A DNA stretch of 64,000 nucleotides, from the NCBI GenBank assembly GCA_963664015.2, contig CAXXLF010000001.1:32001-96000 (forward strand). The letters are read 5' to 3'. The notes beneath the pieces are model-generated. The model did no database searches, was not told the origin of the DNA, and saw only the letters and a program-made list of their open reading frames with translations. Position numbers and translations under genes: made by a program. Positions 62,992 to 64,000 of this stretch are shown here, piece after piece. The stretch comes from Candidatus Binatia bacterium (GTDB taxonomy: Bacteria > Desulfobacterota > Binatia > UBA9968 > CAXXLF01). How positions within the stretch are numbered: position 1 is the stretch's first letter; every line of letters starts with the position of its first letter.

Positions 62992-64000
62992 CTAGGGGAA
63001 TTTGAAATCTTTGACTTCGATATTTTCTAGTCCGAGTTTTAGAAAGGTCTCGATGTCTAGGCTGTCTTCCTCCCGTTCCACGTCGATGAGGCTTGCCTTG
63101 GTCGCAGGGTGCTTGGGCACGAACAGGGTGCAGCAGTCTTCGTCGGGAACCGCCGAAAAGTTAAAGGTCCCGATGGCCCTGGCCTGATCCACTATCTCCT
63201 GCTTATCCATACCAACCAGTGGGCGGAGGATCGGCAGATGGGCCGCATTCTCGATCACGGTTAGATTCTGCAGTGTCTGGGAAGCCACCTGGGCGAGGCT
63301 CTCGCCCGTAACCAGGGCCTTCGCCTTTTCCTTGCGGGCAATGGCTTCGGCCAGTCGGACCATCATTCTGCGGTAGAGGACGACCCGGAGTGGTCTTGAG
63401 ACACCGGCAACAATCTGGCGCTGGATTTCCCCAAAGGGGACCAGGTAGAGACGGGATGTGAACTGGTGCCGCGTCAGTATGCCGACAAGCTGCTGCACCT
63501 TTTCCTGTGAGGATCGGTCCAGATAGGGCACACTATGAAAATGAACGAATATCAGACGGCACCCGCGCTTCATCATCCGATAGGAAGCTACCGGCGAATC
63601 GAATCCTCCCGAGATGAGTGAAACGACTCTGCCGCTGGCTCCGACCGGCAGGCCACCAGGCCCGGGAATCTTGTCCAGGCTGAAAAAAGCCTCACGGGAG
63701 AGGAGCTCGATGGATACCGTGAACTCGGCGTCTTTGAGGTCTACCCGCGCGCCTGACTGGGCCTTAACGGCTCCGCCCACTTCACGGTTAACCTCCGGCG
63801 AAGTGAGGGGATACCTCTTGTCGGCCCGCTTGGTCTGGACACGGAAGGAATCGAAGTGTTTATCTTTGACGCCTTCGAGGATACGCGCTTTCAGGGTCTC
63901 CAGATCGAGCGGAGACTTTTCGGCAAAAGAAAAGTTCGCCACACCGAAGACCGTCGCCACCCTACGGCGAACCTCCTCATGATCCACCTCACCTTTGAAA
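62992..64000 (-). CDS. thiI: tRNA 4-thiouridine synthase ThiI (5' end outside window; no rhodanese domain)
   Basis: THUMP domain, SGGFDS PP-loop, GESLAQVASQT, RPL..DK, EDCC. Confidence 0.92.
   Translation of the reverse strand, partial: FKGEVDHEEVRRRVATVFGVANFSFAEKSPLDLETLKARILEGVKDKHFDSFRVQTKRADKRYPLTSPEVNREVGGAVKAQSGARVDLKDAEFTVSIELLSREAFFSLDKIPGPGGLPVGASGRVVSLISGGFDSPVASYRMMKRGCRLIFVHFHSVPYLDRSSQEKVQQLVGILTRHQFTSRLYLVPFGEIQRQIVAGVSRPLRVVLYRRMMVRLAEAIARKEKAKALVTGESLAQVASQTLQNLTVIENAAHLPILRPLVGMDKQEIVDQARAIGTFNFSAVPDEDCCTLFVPKHPATKASLIDVEREEDSLDIETFLKLGLENIEVKDFKFP

Overview
Bacterial chromosomal window, probably from an uncultured Deltaproteobacteria/Binatota-like organism. That assignment is inferred only from gene content: paralog-rich amidohydrolases, bicupins, Rieske oxygenases and class II aldolases. 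Housekeeping and energy genes include an E. coli-type frdABCD, family-5 UDG, rlmN, thrC, frmA, FdhF/YdeP plus fdhD, a ravA-viaA-like pair, a mocA-like gene with an XDH-family Mo subunit, uup and a partial thiI. These are interleaved with an aromatic/heterocycle catabolic region (~26-44.5 kb) and about a dozen decayed genes. No rRNA, tRNA, CRISPR array or transposase was recognised. Main observations: (1) an OsmC-family gene with an in-frame TGA at the catalytic Cys position, followed immediately by a bacterial SECIS-like hairpin, i.e. a probable selenoprotein ending a LigB-LigA-AKR-GST cluster; (2) two tandem Rieske oxygenase genes sharing an identical 653-bp 5' half but with strongly diverged catalytic halves; (3) three tandem RraA/HMG-aldolase paralogs divergent from a heme-oxygenase-like diiron enzyme; (4) one intergenic repeat present twice with different palindromes nested at the same site; (5) enzymes with swapped catalytic residues (LepB Lys->His, LigB, stand-alone PolX N-terminus). 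All calls are by eye, without database searches.
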